A stretch of DNA of 63,678 bases, the filler included, from Aduncisulcus paluster (Eukaryota), in NCBI GenBank assembly GCA_024181965.1. It is 8 parts of 8 records of this genome, joined end to end, with 100 filler letters (N's around TTAATTAATTAA, not from the genome) between each part and the next. Parts side by side here need not be neighbours in the genome. Positions count along the whole stretch, not along the records: positions 1 to 6,430 come from BQXS01012622.1; positions 6,531 to 13,879 come from BQXS01012624.1; 6 more parts are not named here. One strand, 5' to 3'. A program made the position numbers and the translations under genes. Shown piece by piece: positions 1-11,100 of the stretch. The notes beneath the pieces were generated by a model. It made no database searches and was not told where the DNA came from. It saw only the letters and a list, made by a program, of their open reading frames with translations. Numbering within the stretch: the stretch's first letter is position 1; each line of letters starts with the position of its first letter.

Positions 1-3000
1 CTTTAACCATTTAGCCTTCCTTGCAGATGATTCACCAAGCCTCTCTTGTGCTCTTTCCGACAATAAAGTTATATTCATGAGCTCTTGATATTCATCGTTT
101 AGATTATAGCAGTCTTGTATACTTAATAAAGAACCTTTCTTCTTATGTTTAGATAAGTATTCCTCTGGCTCGATTCCACTTGCAAACTGACCATTTCTTG
201 AAATACAAAGAGTAGTCGCGAGTTGAGATACCATTGGAGATAACTTACTCCTTGATCCAATACCCCATATATGTTTTTGATGAAGTGAAGAAGAAGAGGA
301 AGAGGAAGAGGAAGAGGAAGAGGAAGAGGAAGAGGAAGAGGAAGAGGAAGAGGAGGATATACTAAGTCTAGTGGTAGTATCTGAGTGAGTTGCTGGTAAA
401 GCGAGAGGATCGAATGGATGGAAAGAAGGAGAAACAGAAGTCGATAAAGAAGAGGATACTCTTTTGTGGATATCTTTTAACAAACGGATTGAATGACGTT
501 TAGGAACATGTGAAATGATTTGGATCTCAGATTCGGACATATTTTCTTCCTCTTCTTCAGACTTTTGAGAGGACATTAACGGTGAGAATGGAGACTCTTC
601 AACTTCTGATGCTGAACGTTGAATATAAGCTTGATCTTGATATGAACCCTGAAGATGTTTCTGAGAGTAGTCTTGCTGTGCTGAACTATCAATCTCTTCG
701 AATTCCCTCATACCGTCTCTTTCCCAGCCCCTTTCCATTTGTTTCATTAGCATTGCACTGTTCCGAGGACTATCGGTGCTCGAGGAAAGGAAACCTCTTT
801 TGTGAGATGAAGAGGAAGAAGAGGAAGAGTGTTGATGTTGACCATGACGTATAGGTCGTTTAGTTGATGAATAAGTGTTGTTTGTGAGAGGTGATGATCC
901 TTGAGATGATCCTTGAGATGATCCAAACTGAGAGTGGGATGATGCAAAAGTAGATGCAGAAGTGGTTATTGTCCCTCTATGATGGTGTTGGGCATTAGTA
1001 TTGGAAGTATGGTGGTGAGATTGAGTAGCAGAAGCTTCGATTATGGACAACTCAGCCTCTTCTTCTTCAATGGATATATCAGTGGCACTGAGATATGGGA
1101 AAATGTCAGTTTTGTCGAGTTTTGAAACAAAATAGGAATCAAATGAGTTTAAAAAGGTTACCAAATGTGAATCGAATTGAGTTCCAGATTCAAGATCCAT
1201 CGTACAATCAATTACAGAACCAGACCTATCCTCACTTCTGTCACTCTTTGGAAGAGGCCATGGTACTGTTTGCAAATTATTACCATTACTGCTCTCCCTT
1301 CCGCCTGCTCTCTCCCTTCCTTCTCCTTCTCCTTGTACATCAATACCCATTTGTTGAGCTGAGTATTGAGTGGGTTGAGGTTGAGTGTGTTTAGGTCGTT
1401 GTTTCACATCATCATCCAAACATAAGGACTGGCCACCATTGGAAGAAGACCATTTGAATCCATCGTTACTCCTTAAGGAGGAAGGAGGAGATTTCTTATT
1501 AAGAATAATATCGTGCGATGAAGAAACTGAGAGAGGATTCTCACCTATTATACCTGAAATGTCATTCCCATCAGGATCGAATATAATGTCGTCCTCATCA
1601 TCCATCGTTGACGTTGAAATTCTATTTTTAGAACAAGAAGATTCTGTTCTATTTTTAGAAGGACAAGAAGTCGTCGGTACCATTGATATTGGAGGAGTCA
1701 TTATTCCTCCTTGTTCAGGATCATCAGTGTGATCATCATCATGTTTTGTTTGGGGAACCATAATAAACCCCAAATTATCCTTCGCTTCGGGTAACTTATC
1801 AAAGAAATGGCTTGATGAAGTCGATGGATGAGCTGTGTGAGCACAAGATGCAGAAGTTGTGTAAAGATCCAAGTGGTCATGATCACTGCTTTTGTCATTG
1901 TTGATATTATTATTACTATGCCTTGAAGAAGAAGTAGGGGGGGGAAAAGGAAAAGAAGAAGAAGAAGAAGAAGAAGAAGAAGAAGAGGAGGAGGAGGAGG
2001 AGGAGGAGGAAGAAGAGGAAGGTGAAGAAGAGGAATGCAACTGTCTTGAAGCCTTGTTTCCTGATTTCTGATGCTCAGTTGAATGTAACAATGTAGTCGT
2101 TGACTCAGTGTATGAAAGAGGAACCTCTGAAGAAAATGGAGCCTCTGAGCTACTTTCTGGAGCTGGAACGGCATGTCCAGTCATACTTATTCTTTGAATT
2201 GATTGAGGAGGATCATGGAATCCATGGGAATCAATATTATGGGACTCTACGGTAGGGTACATTTCCATTGAAGGTTTGTTGTTGGTCTTTGATGATTTGT
2301 AGCTTGACAGTATTGTAGATTTCCGAATGATCAATTCATGTTCATCTTGTGAAGGTGGATGCTGAGGTCTAGTATTACTGCTTTTAGTAGCTGAGGATAT
2401 TGATATTTCTTTTTCACTGCTACTGGATATCCTTTGTTTTGAACGCTGGAGATGTCCATGTTGTTGTTGTTTGCGAGCTTGTATAATCATTTGATGACGT
2501 TGTTTCTGCATCTCAGACAAATCTGATTCGAGAGAACTTCTTCTTTCTCCTTCTCCTTCTCGTCTTCTTCCCATCGTCCTTTCATGTGGTTGTTCACCTC
2601 CACCACCAAACATCCCGCCCCAACCTGCTCCACCGTCAGTGCTGGAGTCGTAGTTATCTTTGACTGTAATATTGAGATTATAGAGCATTGAGGGGATAAG
2701 TCGAATCGTATCAGCATCATCAAGAATACCATTTTCAACTGATGTATATTGCTTAGATGTCATATGGTTTCGAAAGTGCTCGGCTGCGGATTCATGGTTA
2801 AGAGAAGAGACAGAGAGGGAGCTTTCTTCGTCGAATTTGGCCGAATCCTCTCCACTCCAATCAAATGAACCATGATGATGTGATTTAACCCCTCCTTCCA
2901 TTGACTGTGGGTGGCGGTGGCGGCTTCCATGAGGTCTGGAGAAGTGTCTAGATCGTCCTGCTGTTGCTGTTCCTACTGCTGTTCCTGTCGCTATTCTTGC

Positions 3001-3954
3001 TACTGTTCTCGCTGCTGTTCTCGCTGCTGCATCATGTTTCTCAGAATTATCAGGGTTGAGAACATTAGAGAAAGGGTAATGTTGATGGATAGAAGATGAT
3101 TTGAGTCTATATTTGGATAAAATCGATGGTGAATTCCTTGGAAAAGCAGGATTAAATGAACCTGAGCTATTATCACCTGGAGGATAAAAGGGGAAAGAGT
3201 GAGAAGATGAGAACGAATGTGATTTCAATGGACTGTTTGTTGAACGACTTTCCGATACCACTGAAGGTTGTCCTCGAGCGCCTACTCGACCAGATGCTGA
3301 TTTGGACTCATCGGGGGATATCATCATTTGAAGCATGCTCTCGGCTTGCATTCGATGCTGACGCTCTTCTATTTCCCTCATGATCTCGTGTTTCCACTCC
3401 TCAACAGAAATAAAGGAGGCCTTCTTGATGCTTGCCCATTGGAGTTGAGGGACATGATAAACACATTCACAGAGAGGTAATAATGAGGATAGGACAATCT
3501 TCTCGTGAAATTTCACTGGGGGATCACTTGAAAAACCCGTTTTAAACTTGGGATTTGATTGAATACGAAATACTCTCTGATGATATCCCTGGAAGACTAA
3601 TTGACGAACAAAAGGTGAAGATTTATGTAGAATTCTAAGCTCAAGCGAGATTGTTGATCCAGCTTTAACAGGAAAGGGATCCCACGAAGGTAGTTTCCCT
3701 TGTGGAGCTAATAACAACACAAATTCACGAAAAGCACCACAAATTGGAACAATATTAATATTGATATATTTTCTGAATGGAATATTTGGAGTTTTTAATT
3801 TTCCGTCCACTTTTGTTTTAGTGCCATATGATAAAAACCCTACAGTGAGCGGAAGACGGTGAGAGCTTCTACCCTGTCGAAAATTAGACAAAAAAACTGA
3901 ATACGTTTTTTCATGGGGTAATTTTGCAGATTCAATCAGAATAGATTTCCCCAT
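1..3954 (-). CDS. Large low-complexity (S/H/E/Q-rich) hypothetical protein, >1300 aa, 3' end runs off the window
   Basis: Absent from the ORF track because it has no stop inside the window. ATG at 3954 (MGKSILIESAKLPHEKTYSV...). The frame was read manually as open over ~3240-3954 and 1-240 (...ERLGESSARKAKWLK), and the track lists no closed ORF in this frame in between. Confidence 0.75.
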   Translation of the reverse strand, partial: MGKSILIESAKLPHEKTYSVFLSNFRQGRSSHRLPLTVGFLSYGTKTKVDGKLKTPNIPFRKYININIVPICGAFREFVLLLAPQGKLPSWDPFPVKAGSTISLELRILHKSSPFVRQLVFQGYHQRVFRIQSNPKFKTGFSSDPPVKFHEKIVLSSLLPLCECVYHVPQLQWASIKKASFISVEEWKHEIMREIEERQHRMQAESMLQMMISPDESKSASGRVGARGQPSVVSESRSTNSPLKSHSFSSSHSFPFYPPGDNSSGSFNPAFPRNSPSILSKYRLKSSSIHQHYPFSNVLNPDNSEKHDAAARTAARTVARIATGTAVGTATAGRSRHFSRPHGSRHRHPQSMEGGVKSHHHGSFDWSGEDSAKFDEESSLSVSSLNHESAAEHFRNHMTSKQYTSVENGILDDADTIRLIPSMLYNLNITVKDNYDSSTDGGAGWGGMFGGGGEQPHERTMGRRREGEGERRSSLESDLSEMQKQRHQMIIQARKQQQHGHLQRSKQRISSSSEKEISISSATKSSNTRPQHPPSQDEHELIIRKSTILSSYKSSKTNNKPSMEMYPTVESHNIDSHGFHDPPQSIQRISMTGHAVPAPESSSEAPFSSEVPLSYTESTTTLLHSTEHQKSGNKASRQLHSSSSPSSSSSSSSSSSSSSSSSSSSSSFPFPPPTSSSRHSNNNINNDKSSDHDHLDLYTTSASCAHTAHPSTSSSHFFDKLPEAKDNLGFIMVPQTKHDDDHTDDPEQGGIMTPPISMVPTTSCPSKNRTESSCSKNRISTSTMDDEDDIIFDPDGNDISGIIGENPLSVSSSHDIILNKKSPPSSLRSNDGFKWSSSNGGQSLCLDDDVKQRPKHTQPQPTQYSAQQMGIDVQGEGEGRERAGGRESSNGNNLQTVPWPLPKSDRSEDRSGSVIDCTMDLESGTQFDSHLVTFLNSFDSYFVSKLDKTDIFPYLSATDISIEEEEAELSIIEASATQSHHHTSNTNAQHHHRGTITTSASTFASSHSQFGSSQGSSQGSSPLTNNTYSSTKRPIRHGQHQHSSSSSSSSHKRGFLSSSTDSPRNSAMLMKQMERGWERDGMREFEEIDSSAQQDYSQKHLQGSYQDQAYIQRSASEVEESPFSPLMSSQKSEEEEENMSESEIQIISHVPKRHSIRLLKDIHKRVSSSLSTSVSPSFHPFDPLALPATHSDTTTRLSISSSSSSSSSSSSSSSSSSSSSSSSLHQKHIWGIGSRSKLSPMVSQLATTLCISRNGQFASGIEPEEYLSKHKKKGSLLSIQDCYNLNDEYQELMNITLLSERAQERLGESSARKAKWLK
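293..353. repeat. (GAAGAG)n microsatellite encoding poly-Ser on the minus strand
   Basis: About 10 tandem GAAGAG units seen directly. Confidence 0.9.
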
Positions 3955-4133
3955 GATCCCATAATCAGCGAAAAGAGATGATTCTCGTTGTTGAATAAAT
4001 TATAACCTTAATATCTATAATAAAGGGGTTTTATTTTTTTACAAATATGAATAATAAACATAATCTTTTGAAATTGATTGAAAATAACAATATACAGGAA
4101 GATGAAATGAATTGTTGATTATATCACTTAATC

Positions 4134-5672
4134 TCATTTTCTACCCTTATATTCTCGGAAAAGGCCATCTAAATCATGAAGTGCACTTTGTATCATGTCG
4201 ACTTCAATCTGCATCTTACTTCTTGCGTCACAACGAGTCTTAAAATTGGCAAAGTGTTTTGGAAGCTCATCTTGAATCTTTTTAACCGCTTCTTCTTTTG
4301 GTAGGACACACATCTTTCCAGAATCCTCGTCTTCATATCTAATATTCTCAATAGTATCAAACTTATGAGCATATTTGGCAAATTTGACTGCGGTTCTATA
4401 TTCATTAAACATGATACAAAACACTAATTTTTCACCATCAACCGACTCTGGAATAAGGATAGAGCTCATGATCTCTTCTTCCATGGCCTTCAACTTGCTT
4501 GAATACTTCTCGATGACAGCAGAGAGGAATTTTTTGGCAGCTTTCACGGAAATTGATTTCTTAAAAAAGCCAAGACCTAAACCTTTCGCAGCCACGGGTT
4601 TAATTTTGACCCATACTTGTGTTTTTGGCGAACTATCAGCTGTTGAAGCTTCATCCGGAGTGTAAGAATAAGAATAAGAGTAATCTTCTTCATCTGAGGA
4701 TTTTTCTTTTTTTGGACCTGGCTTAGTGTTCCGTTTCTTTGGTGATGTGGGGACTTTAAACCCTTCAGAACCAGATTCAATTGTAAGAACGCTGGAATTG
4801 GATATTTTTCCATCGGGAGTATCTCGTATGTTGATGGTGATCGATTTTTGGGTCAAACATTTGTCACGACTGCGATGATCTTTGAAAACAACCCAATAGA
4901 CTCCGGGATTACCGTTTTTGGGATAATGCATTCCTGAAAATAAACTTATATCTCCGAACTTGAGACATTCAGCATAGATTACATAAGGAGGGACACAACT
5001 CTCATATTTGACCTTAACTTTATCACAAGCTTTGATCCTTCCAAATCCTGGACACATCGGAGATATTTGAACACCTGGGAGCCAATTAAGAGCGTGCGTT
5101 GCAATTTCCATATCGATCAGAGACTCACAGAAATACTGGTAAATCTTTCCACTTTCTTCTATCTTTGGGGGTTTGCTCTGAAGAACCCCAAGGAACTGGA
5201 AAACATTATATTCAGCCTTGGATTTTGAAGGCGTAAAAGACCGAAAAGTTTTGCCTTTATCACCCCAAAAAGATTTGTTGTAAGGTGGCACGATTGAATC
5301 TTTTCCAATTTTATCAGGCACATTATGTGTCCGTATCGGAGGTAATTCTGGATTAATTTCAAATAATTTATCTTTATCTGCTGCAGACATGGGCCCTTTA
5401 CAAACACAAACATCCTTGGTATAGGGCTGAGCTTTAGCACTTATAAATGGTGGGTTTTGAATTGTATAATGATATTTATCGTGAATATTCTTTAAAATAT
5501 CTGTTTCTCCGGAGAGAACAGCGATACATGAATCCTGTCCAAGAGCAAATGTGTCATGAAGCGTAGCACCCCTTATTTTTGATAAATCTTTTCTATACTT
5601 GAAATCAATACCAATAATAATCAAATATTCTCCTACCATATTGTATTTGAACCGAAAAGCCAATATCCTCAT
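4134..5672 (-). CDS. Hypothetical protein with probable degenerate RRM domain(s)
   Basis: 512-aa ORF (alternative ATG at 5639). ECLKFGDI...PGVYWVVFKDHRSRDKCL resembles RRM helix 1 and RNP1; VFCIMFNEYRTAVKF is a second RNP1-like segment. Confidence 0.6.
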   Translation of the reverse strand: MRILAFRFKYNMVGEYLIIIGIDFKYRKDLSKIRGATLHDTFALGQDSCIAVLSGETDILKNIHDKYHYTIQNPPFISAKAQPYTKDVCVCKGPMSAADKDKLFEINPELPPIRTHNVPDKIGKDSIVPPYNKSFWGDKGKTFRSFTPSKSKAEYNVFQFLGVLQSKPPKIEESGKIYQYFCESLIDMEIATHALNWLPGVQISPMCPGFGRIKACDKVKVKYESCVPPYVIYAECLKFGDISLFSGMHYPKNGNPGVYWVVFKDHRSRDKCLTQKSITINIRDTPDGKISNSSVLTIESGSEGFKVPTSPKKRNTKPGPKKEKSSDEEDYSYSYSYTPDEASTADSSPKTQVWVKIKPVAAKGLGLGFFKKSISVKAAKKFLSAVIEKYSSKLKAMEEEIMSSILIPESVDGEKLVFCIMFNEYRTAVKFAKYAHKFDTIENIRYEDEDSGKMCVLPKEEAVKKIQDELPKHFANFKTRCDARSKMQIEVDMIQSALHDLDGLFREYKGRK

Positions 5673-6010
5673 TGAGGTACGAAAAAAATGAATCAGATGA
5701 ATATTTTGAAAGTTTTGATGGGTTTAAATGCCAGATTAAATTTTATTTTTGATTTTTTCAATTCAAATGAACAAACATAATCTTCAGAACTGGAGATACT
5801 CGACATTCAGAAAATAAGGAATAAATGAACAATCTGACAAGTTCTAAATATAAATAACCAATATATTATTCACTTTATCGAATCATATTGCCAAATTCTA
5901 TCTGATATCGCGAGAAATCGGGGATTTTCTATTTTCTCTTCAGAAACTATTAGTATAGACTCGTCGACGTCGTCGTTTTTATCTTTACTTAGAATATCAA
6001 TAAATATGTT

Positions 6011-6430
6011 TTATTTAATTTCTTTATCCTTTTTAGACAACCCCCCCTCTGTATCATTTTTATCTTGCTGTTTTCCTTTCTTGTGTTTTGCCTTTTCTGC
6101 TCGTTTCGTTTCACGTCTCTTCTCTCTTTTCTCCTCTCCCCATTGTTTTAATATGGTGACATCTTCAGCGTCTTCGAGTTCCAACAACTCAGTCGCATAT
6201 TTCAAAGCATACACAACGGACACAACTGTCGCAGCTGCATCCTGTCCTCCACAATGCATGTGTCTGTGTTTGCTTTTGTATGGACAATTCGATGAGGATC
6301 GCTTGTATCCATTCTGTTCGTGCAGAGGTTTCCACGATTGTATGATCTTGGCTTTCCTCTCCTCTTCCTCTCTCCTCTTCCGTTCCTTTTCCAACTTTTC
6401 CTCTTCTTCCTTCTTTCGCTCTTCTTCACG
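6011..6430 (-). CDS. 3' end of a hypothetical K/E-rich protein (5' truncated at contig edge)
   Basis: Open frame from the linker to TAA at 6011; no family recognised. Confidence 0.55.
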   Translation of the reverse strand, partial: REEERKKEEEEKLEKERKRREEEERKAKIIQSWKPLHEQNGYKRSSSNCPYKSKHRHMHCGGQDAAATVVSVVYALKYATELLELEDAEDVTILKQWGEEKREKRRETKRAEKAKHKKGKQQDKNDTEGGLSKKDKEIK

Positions 6431-6530
6431 NNNNNNNNNNNNNNNNNNNNNNNNNNNNNNNNNNNNNNNNNNNNTTAATTAATTAANNNNNNNNNNNNNN
6501 NNNNNNNNNNNNNNNNNNNNNNNNNNNNNN
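6431..6530. other. Artificial contig linker N44-TTAATTAATTAA-N44
   Basis: Identical 100-nt spacer with stops in all six frames; occurs 7 times in the window. Confidence 0.98.
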
Positions 6531-7596
6531 TAAGGAAGTAGAAGACAACAGGACCAGCAAAGGCACCCGCGGCAGCGAAGGCCATCAAAACACCAGAGAA
6601 GTAAGTTCTCTGCTTCATAGGAGCAATGTCAGACACAACAAGGTAACAAGTAGGCATAATGAGAGCAGCTAAACCAGAGATGGCACGGATCATGAGGAAT
6701 TCATTGTACTCTTCCGCATAGGCAAGCCAGATAGACATGGAGGTGTAAATGGTATACATCCAAATAAAAATAGCCTGTCTACCAACAAAATCACTGATGT
6801 ACTGAGCAAGAGGACTAGCAACGAACTGGACAATGTTGAAGATGGCCATAACCATCAAATATTTTCCTTCATCAACAGCAAGAACAGATTTAACATAGGT
6901 CTTGATGGAAGCCATAACAAGGAAAAGACTGAAATTAGCCAAGAAAGCAGTCGTACAATGCCAGAAGAAACCGGCTTGGATAAAGCTAGGAGCGGTCACC
7001 ACATCCTCGTTGATATCCTTCAAACGAAGCATATCATCACCAAACATCTCACGTGCACGTGCAATTTCCTCAGGTTGGAAATCATCTTCAGCATCAGATG
7101 GGAATTCAGTGATGGTGAGATTCTTGTTGTATTCATCCATGACCCAAGAAATGAGATCAGCAAGGAACAAGACAACACGTTGGTGCTCAGGAGTTGTGAT
7201 GGGAGCAATCAAATCGTTAAGATCAAGTTCAGAAGAAAGAGGATGGTCGAAAACAAAACCTTCTTTCTCAGCGAACTTCTTCACAGCTTTGAGGTTCTTC
7301 AAACCGGTGCTTTTGAAAAGAGCAACACCCTCAACACCTTCACGGGGCCTTGAGATACTGAAAGAATTGAGACATTCCTTGATCAAATCAGCAAAGCAAA
7401 CACCGTCGTAAATGGCAGGAATTGGATTAAAATCAGTCTCAACGGCAGTAAAAGCATTAGTTTCTCCCTTATCTTGGTAGAAGGCCCTGAAATATGAAAA
7501 AATACGACGAGATGAGCGAAGATAGAGTTCGGCATCAGCATTCAACTCTAAAACACTTCGACGTGCCATAGAGCATGATTTTCCACAAGAAGTCAT
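6531..7596 (-). CDS. MFS transporter (DHA1/TetA-like) with N-terminal calponin-homology-like domain; 3' truncated
   Basis: Motif A AQYISDFVGRQ, motif B IRAISGL, VVSDIAPMKQR, and about 6 hydrophobic helices before the contig ends. N-terminal aa ~28-152 show a CH-like pattern. Confidence 0.8.
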
Positions 7597-8131
7597 TTGT
7601 CAAAACAGGAAAGTTTGAGAAAAAATCTTGCCTAATCTATATATAGATAGGACATCCATCCCAACCCCTTTCAAAACCACCGAAAATAAATAGAAATGCA
7701 TAAAAGATTGATAAAATTAATATAAATACACATTTTTATAATTGTGGAAATCGTCAGTATAAGGAGTGATTGTGAAATTGGTGAATTAAGTTCGAATTAT
7801 CAAATCCACAATTTTGTGATCGAATCATAATTCGATACAAGATGCCATGTCACAATCATCAGATAATATTGTAAATTGAAATTCACAAAACTGTTCTAAA
7901 ATTAATAAATTTACTCCAAAATTCAACTCAAATATCAACATATAATCAAAACGATACTTTTTTTTTCTATAGCCGAAAATGTAAAGATCAGGATGAAGAA
8001 TTGTCAATTATAAAATTAAAACTCGATTTTAATTTGAAATGATATTTATTTACTAATTATCTAAATTTGTGGAAACCAAATCCCGGATTTGAAATCCGAA
8101 AGGCTTTTAATCGGTTTTGGCTCAAAAACTC

Positions 8132-11100
8132 ATGGGTTGTAAATGCCACAGAGCCTTGAAATACAAAAATCTTGTTGATTTGGTGTTTCCTGCCAAACCA
8201 GAACATGGTTTGGCTGGGAGACATGTAAAACGTCTCACAAACTATGCAAACAATAGTCCAAACAAGTTACCAAATATTGGGGAAAGAATTAGAGTTAAAA
8301 TTGAGAAATATTATCGGAAAGGAAGAATAGAAAAGGCACTAATTGGAGCTGAGGTGTGTCATCTCCTTTTACAAGGGTGTAAACAACATATTGCTTTATT
8401 TGACTCATCTATTGTTGAAATCATTGTATTATTCTGTTCTTCAAGCATAGAATCCGTTATTCTTCCAAAGATGAAGAGCAAAAAATCCGTTTCAAAAGAT
8501 ATGACAAGTTCCCTTGAAAAATCTCCCAAAAGGGTATCCTGGAAGGAAGACACTGCCGATTTACGATTTGAAGATCCCAATTACACATATAAAAAAGCCT
8601 TAAGCTGTGTATATGCCGTTCAAGGCATTAAACTTGCACAACGATTCTTTGACTCCCATTCTGATTGGGCTTTTGTCATCTCAGATTGGCAAAATAGTCA
8701 TATGTTTAGAGCGTTTGAGTATTGCTCCATGAAAACAGATGTCATGTACGTTCAATCTTTTCATTATTTAATCAATATTTTCTTCTTATTATTAATTTCT
8801 TTTCTCATTTTATGAAATATAATTATTATTCAAGGGCCGATCCAGCGTGTATTCTTTTTTTTACCCGTTTAATCCTCAATTTAACAATTCCAAACAACAT
8901 TTTAACGAATTCTCTCATCAAATCCTTTTGTGAGATCCTTTCTCGTGAGTTTAACGGTAAAATTCCAATTCCACTTCCTCCCTCGCCCCATTCCTCTTCT
9001 TCTCCTCATTCCTCTTCATCGACAAGACAACGCCTGGATATGATGGTCATTGGTGTGAGAAGCAGTGCGGCAGCAGCTCCAGAAGCAGTGAGAATAGCTT
9101 GCAAAGAAATCGGTGCCAAGGGAGAGGGCGGTAGCAATATCGGTGTTGAATCTATTTTTAGATCTATTGTTCGATTAGCTGAGAAAATAGCCATGGATCA
9201 AGTGAGTGAATATCTTTTTCCCCGAGAATCTGAAGTTATCGGGAGACTTAAATATGCAATGAAACGTCGAGATGGGTCTATATCTCCCATTTCTATTCTC
9301 TCTGGCGGATCTCCATCTTTTTCTCAGTCAGATCCCTCACATTCACATGAAGAGAAAGAAGAAGTAATTCCACCAGATAAAGGAAGTGGAATCGTTGGCG
9401 ATAGAGGAGGAAGAAGAGGAAGAGGAAAAGTATTGAGTGGAAGGATTTCTCTTGCTCTTCTGAAACCCCCTTCTACAACAAGCCTCCTTTTCAAAACTAT
9501 TCGTTCATTCACGAAACTTCTTCACCCTCTTCTTCGTGCTCTTTCTCCTTGCTTAGCCCTTCCTTCCCTTTCCTCTCTTCTCGGTCTCTTTCTTGCACGT
9601 TGTGTGCAATCGTCCAGGAAACATCCATTGTTTATTCTTTGTATGCTCTTGAGTGTTCGAATGTCAATGCGTGTCTGCACATTAGTTAAGATCAGTGAGA
9701 GAGAAAGAGATTTGGTGTGGAAATGTCTTTGGAGATGCACTGTGTTCTGTGTTCAGAAAAATTTCCAGGAAGAAGAGGAAGAGAGAGAGAGAGAAGGGAA
9801 AAAAGATCTGAAGGGAAAGAAAGAAAGAAGTTTGAAGATCGGAATTATGGAGAAGAAGAAGAAATCTTTTTCGTCTTCAGCTTTAAAGCAACATCCAACT
9901 GCTGCTGTAAAGACCAAGAAAGCAACAGTGTCATGTCCTCGATTAGAAAGAGCGAAAGACATTGAGTTTGAAGAAGAGGAAGAAGAAGAGAGAGAGAGAG
10001 AAGAAGAGAGAGAGAGAGAAGAGGAGGAGAAGGATGATTCAATTATTGATGAAGAGGAAGAAGAGGAAGAAGAGGGAGATAGTCGATGTGATGCTCGTGA
10101 TATAGTCCATAAAGAAGAGGAAATGGATCTTGTGAGTTCATTTTTACCTTCACATTCGATCCCTGTTTGTATTTTGTCCTCTTTGAGCCATATTATGTTT
10201 CTCCTTGGACGTAAACAACCGTATTCTGGCACTTCCCATGAATCTTGCATTTGGTGGATGCATCAAAGCAGACGCTTCATTGAGGAAGAGAAGAGAAAGA
10301 GAGTTATTCTATTGAGAAGAGAAGAAAGAAAAGAACATCGTAATCGAACACTTGGTGATGATATAGTACTTAGTCATGGTGATGATATGATTAGTCGTGG
10401 AGGAGATGAACTATCCACAAAAGATTCCAGAATAAGAGATACATCTATTGATACTCAAGGAAGTGCCCAAGAACAAGGGAAACATGGCAGCCTCAGTGAT
10501 ATTGAAGATCCAGATCAACTGACAAAAGTTCACTCGTTCTCTTCATCCTCCCCATCAGAGTGCTCTCTTCGACTCTCAACTCAACAATCATCCCTCGTTA
10601 TGACATCTGAGAATGATCGTGCTATTCAAATTGAAGAGGAAGAATCATTTCTATCTCTTCTCGTTGCATGTTCTTCTTCTTTAATGGTGTTCCTCAAGAT
10701 TGGAGAACAGGCAAGGAATGAGTTCCAACGGAGGGTTCTCGAGCTTCATGTGCCTTATTTCACGTTATTTAAACCCCCTGAGGCTTTATTAATGACACCT
10801 ATTTATTATTCATCCAGTACAAGAGAATTCCCGTCACGATTTGTTGAGGAAGCTAGTGGAATCCAAAGAGAAGTCGAAAAGCTCTGGGAAATTAACAGAA
10901 ATAGTTACATTTCTACAATTCAACAATCAATATCCTTGAGGAGGAAAGACAATAGAATAACGGGAGTCGATCATGGAGTGGTTTGTAATCAAATTGAAGG
11001 ATCTGTTCATGACGATAAAATAGAAGAAAGCAAAATGGTATCTTTAACTGTGCCAACAATAACATCCGCATCTACACAACCCTCTTACTCTTCTTCCTCT

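Noticed and set aside
582..3383. Many short ORFs listed on both strands
   Set aside because: Shadows of the single long minus-strand frame 1-3954; the same applies to the short antisense ORFs inside other long genes.
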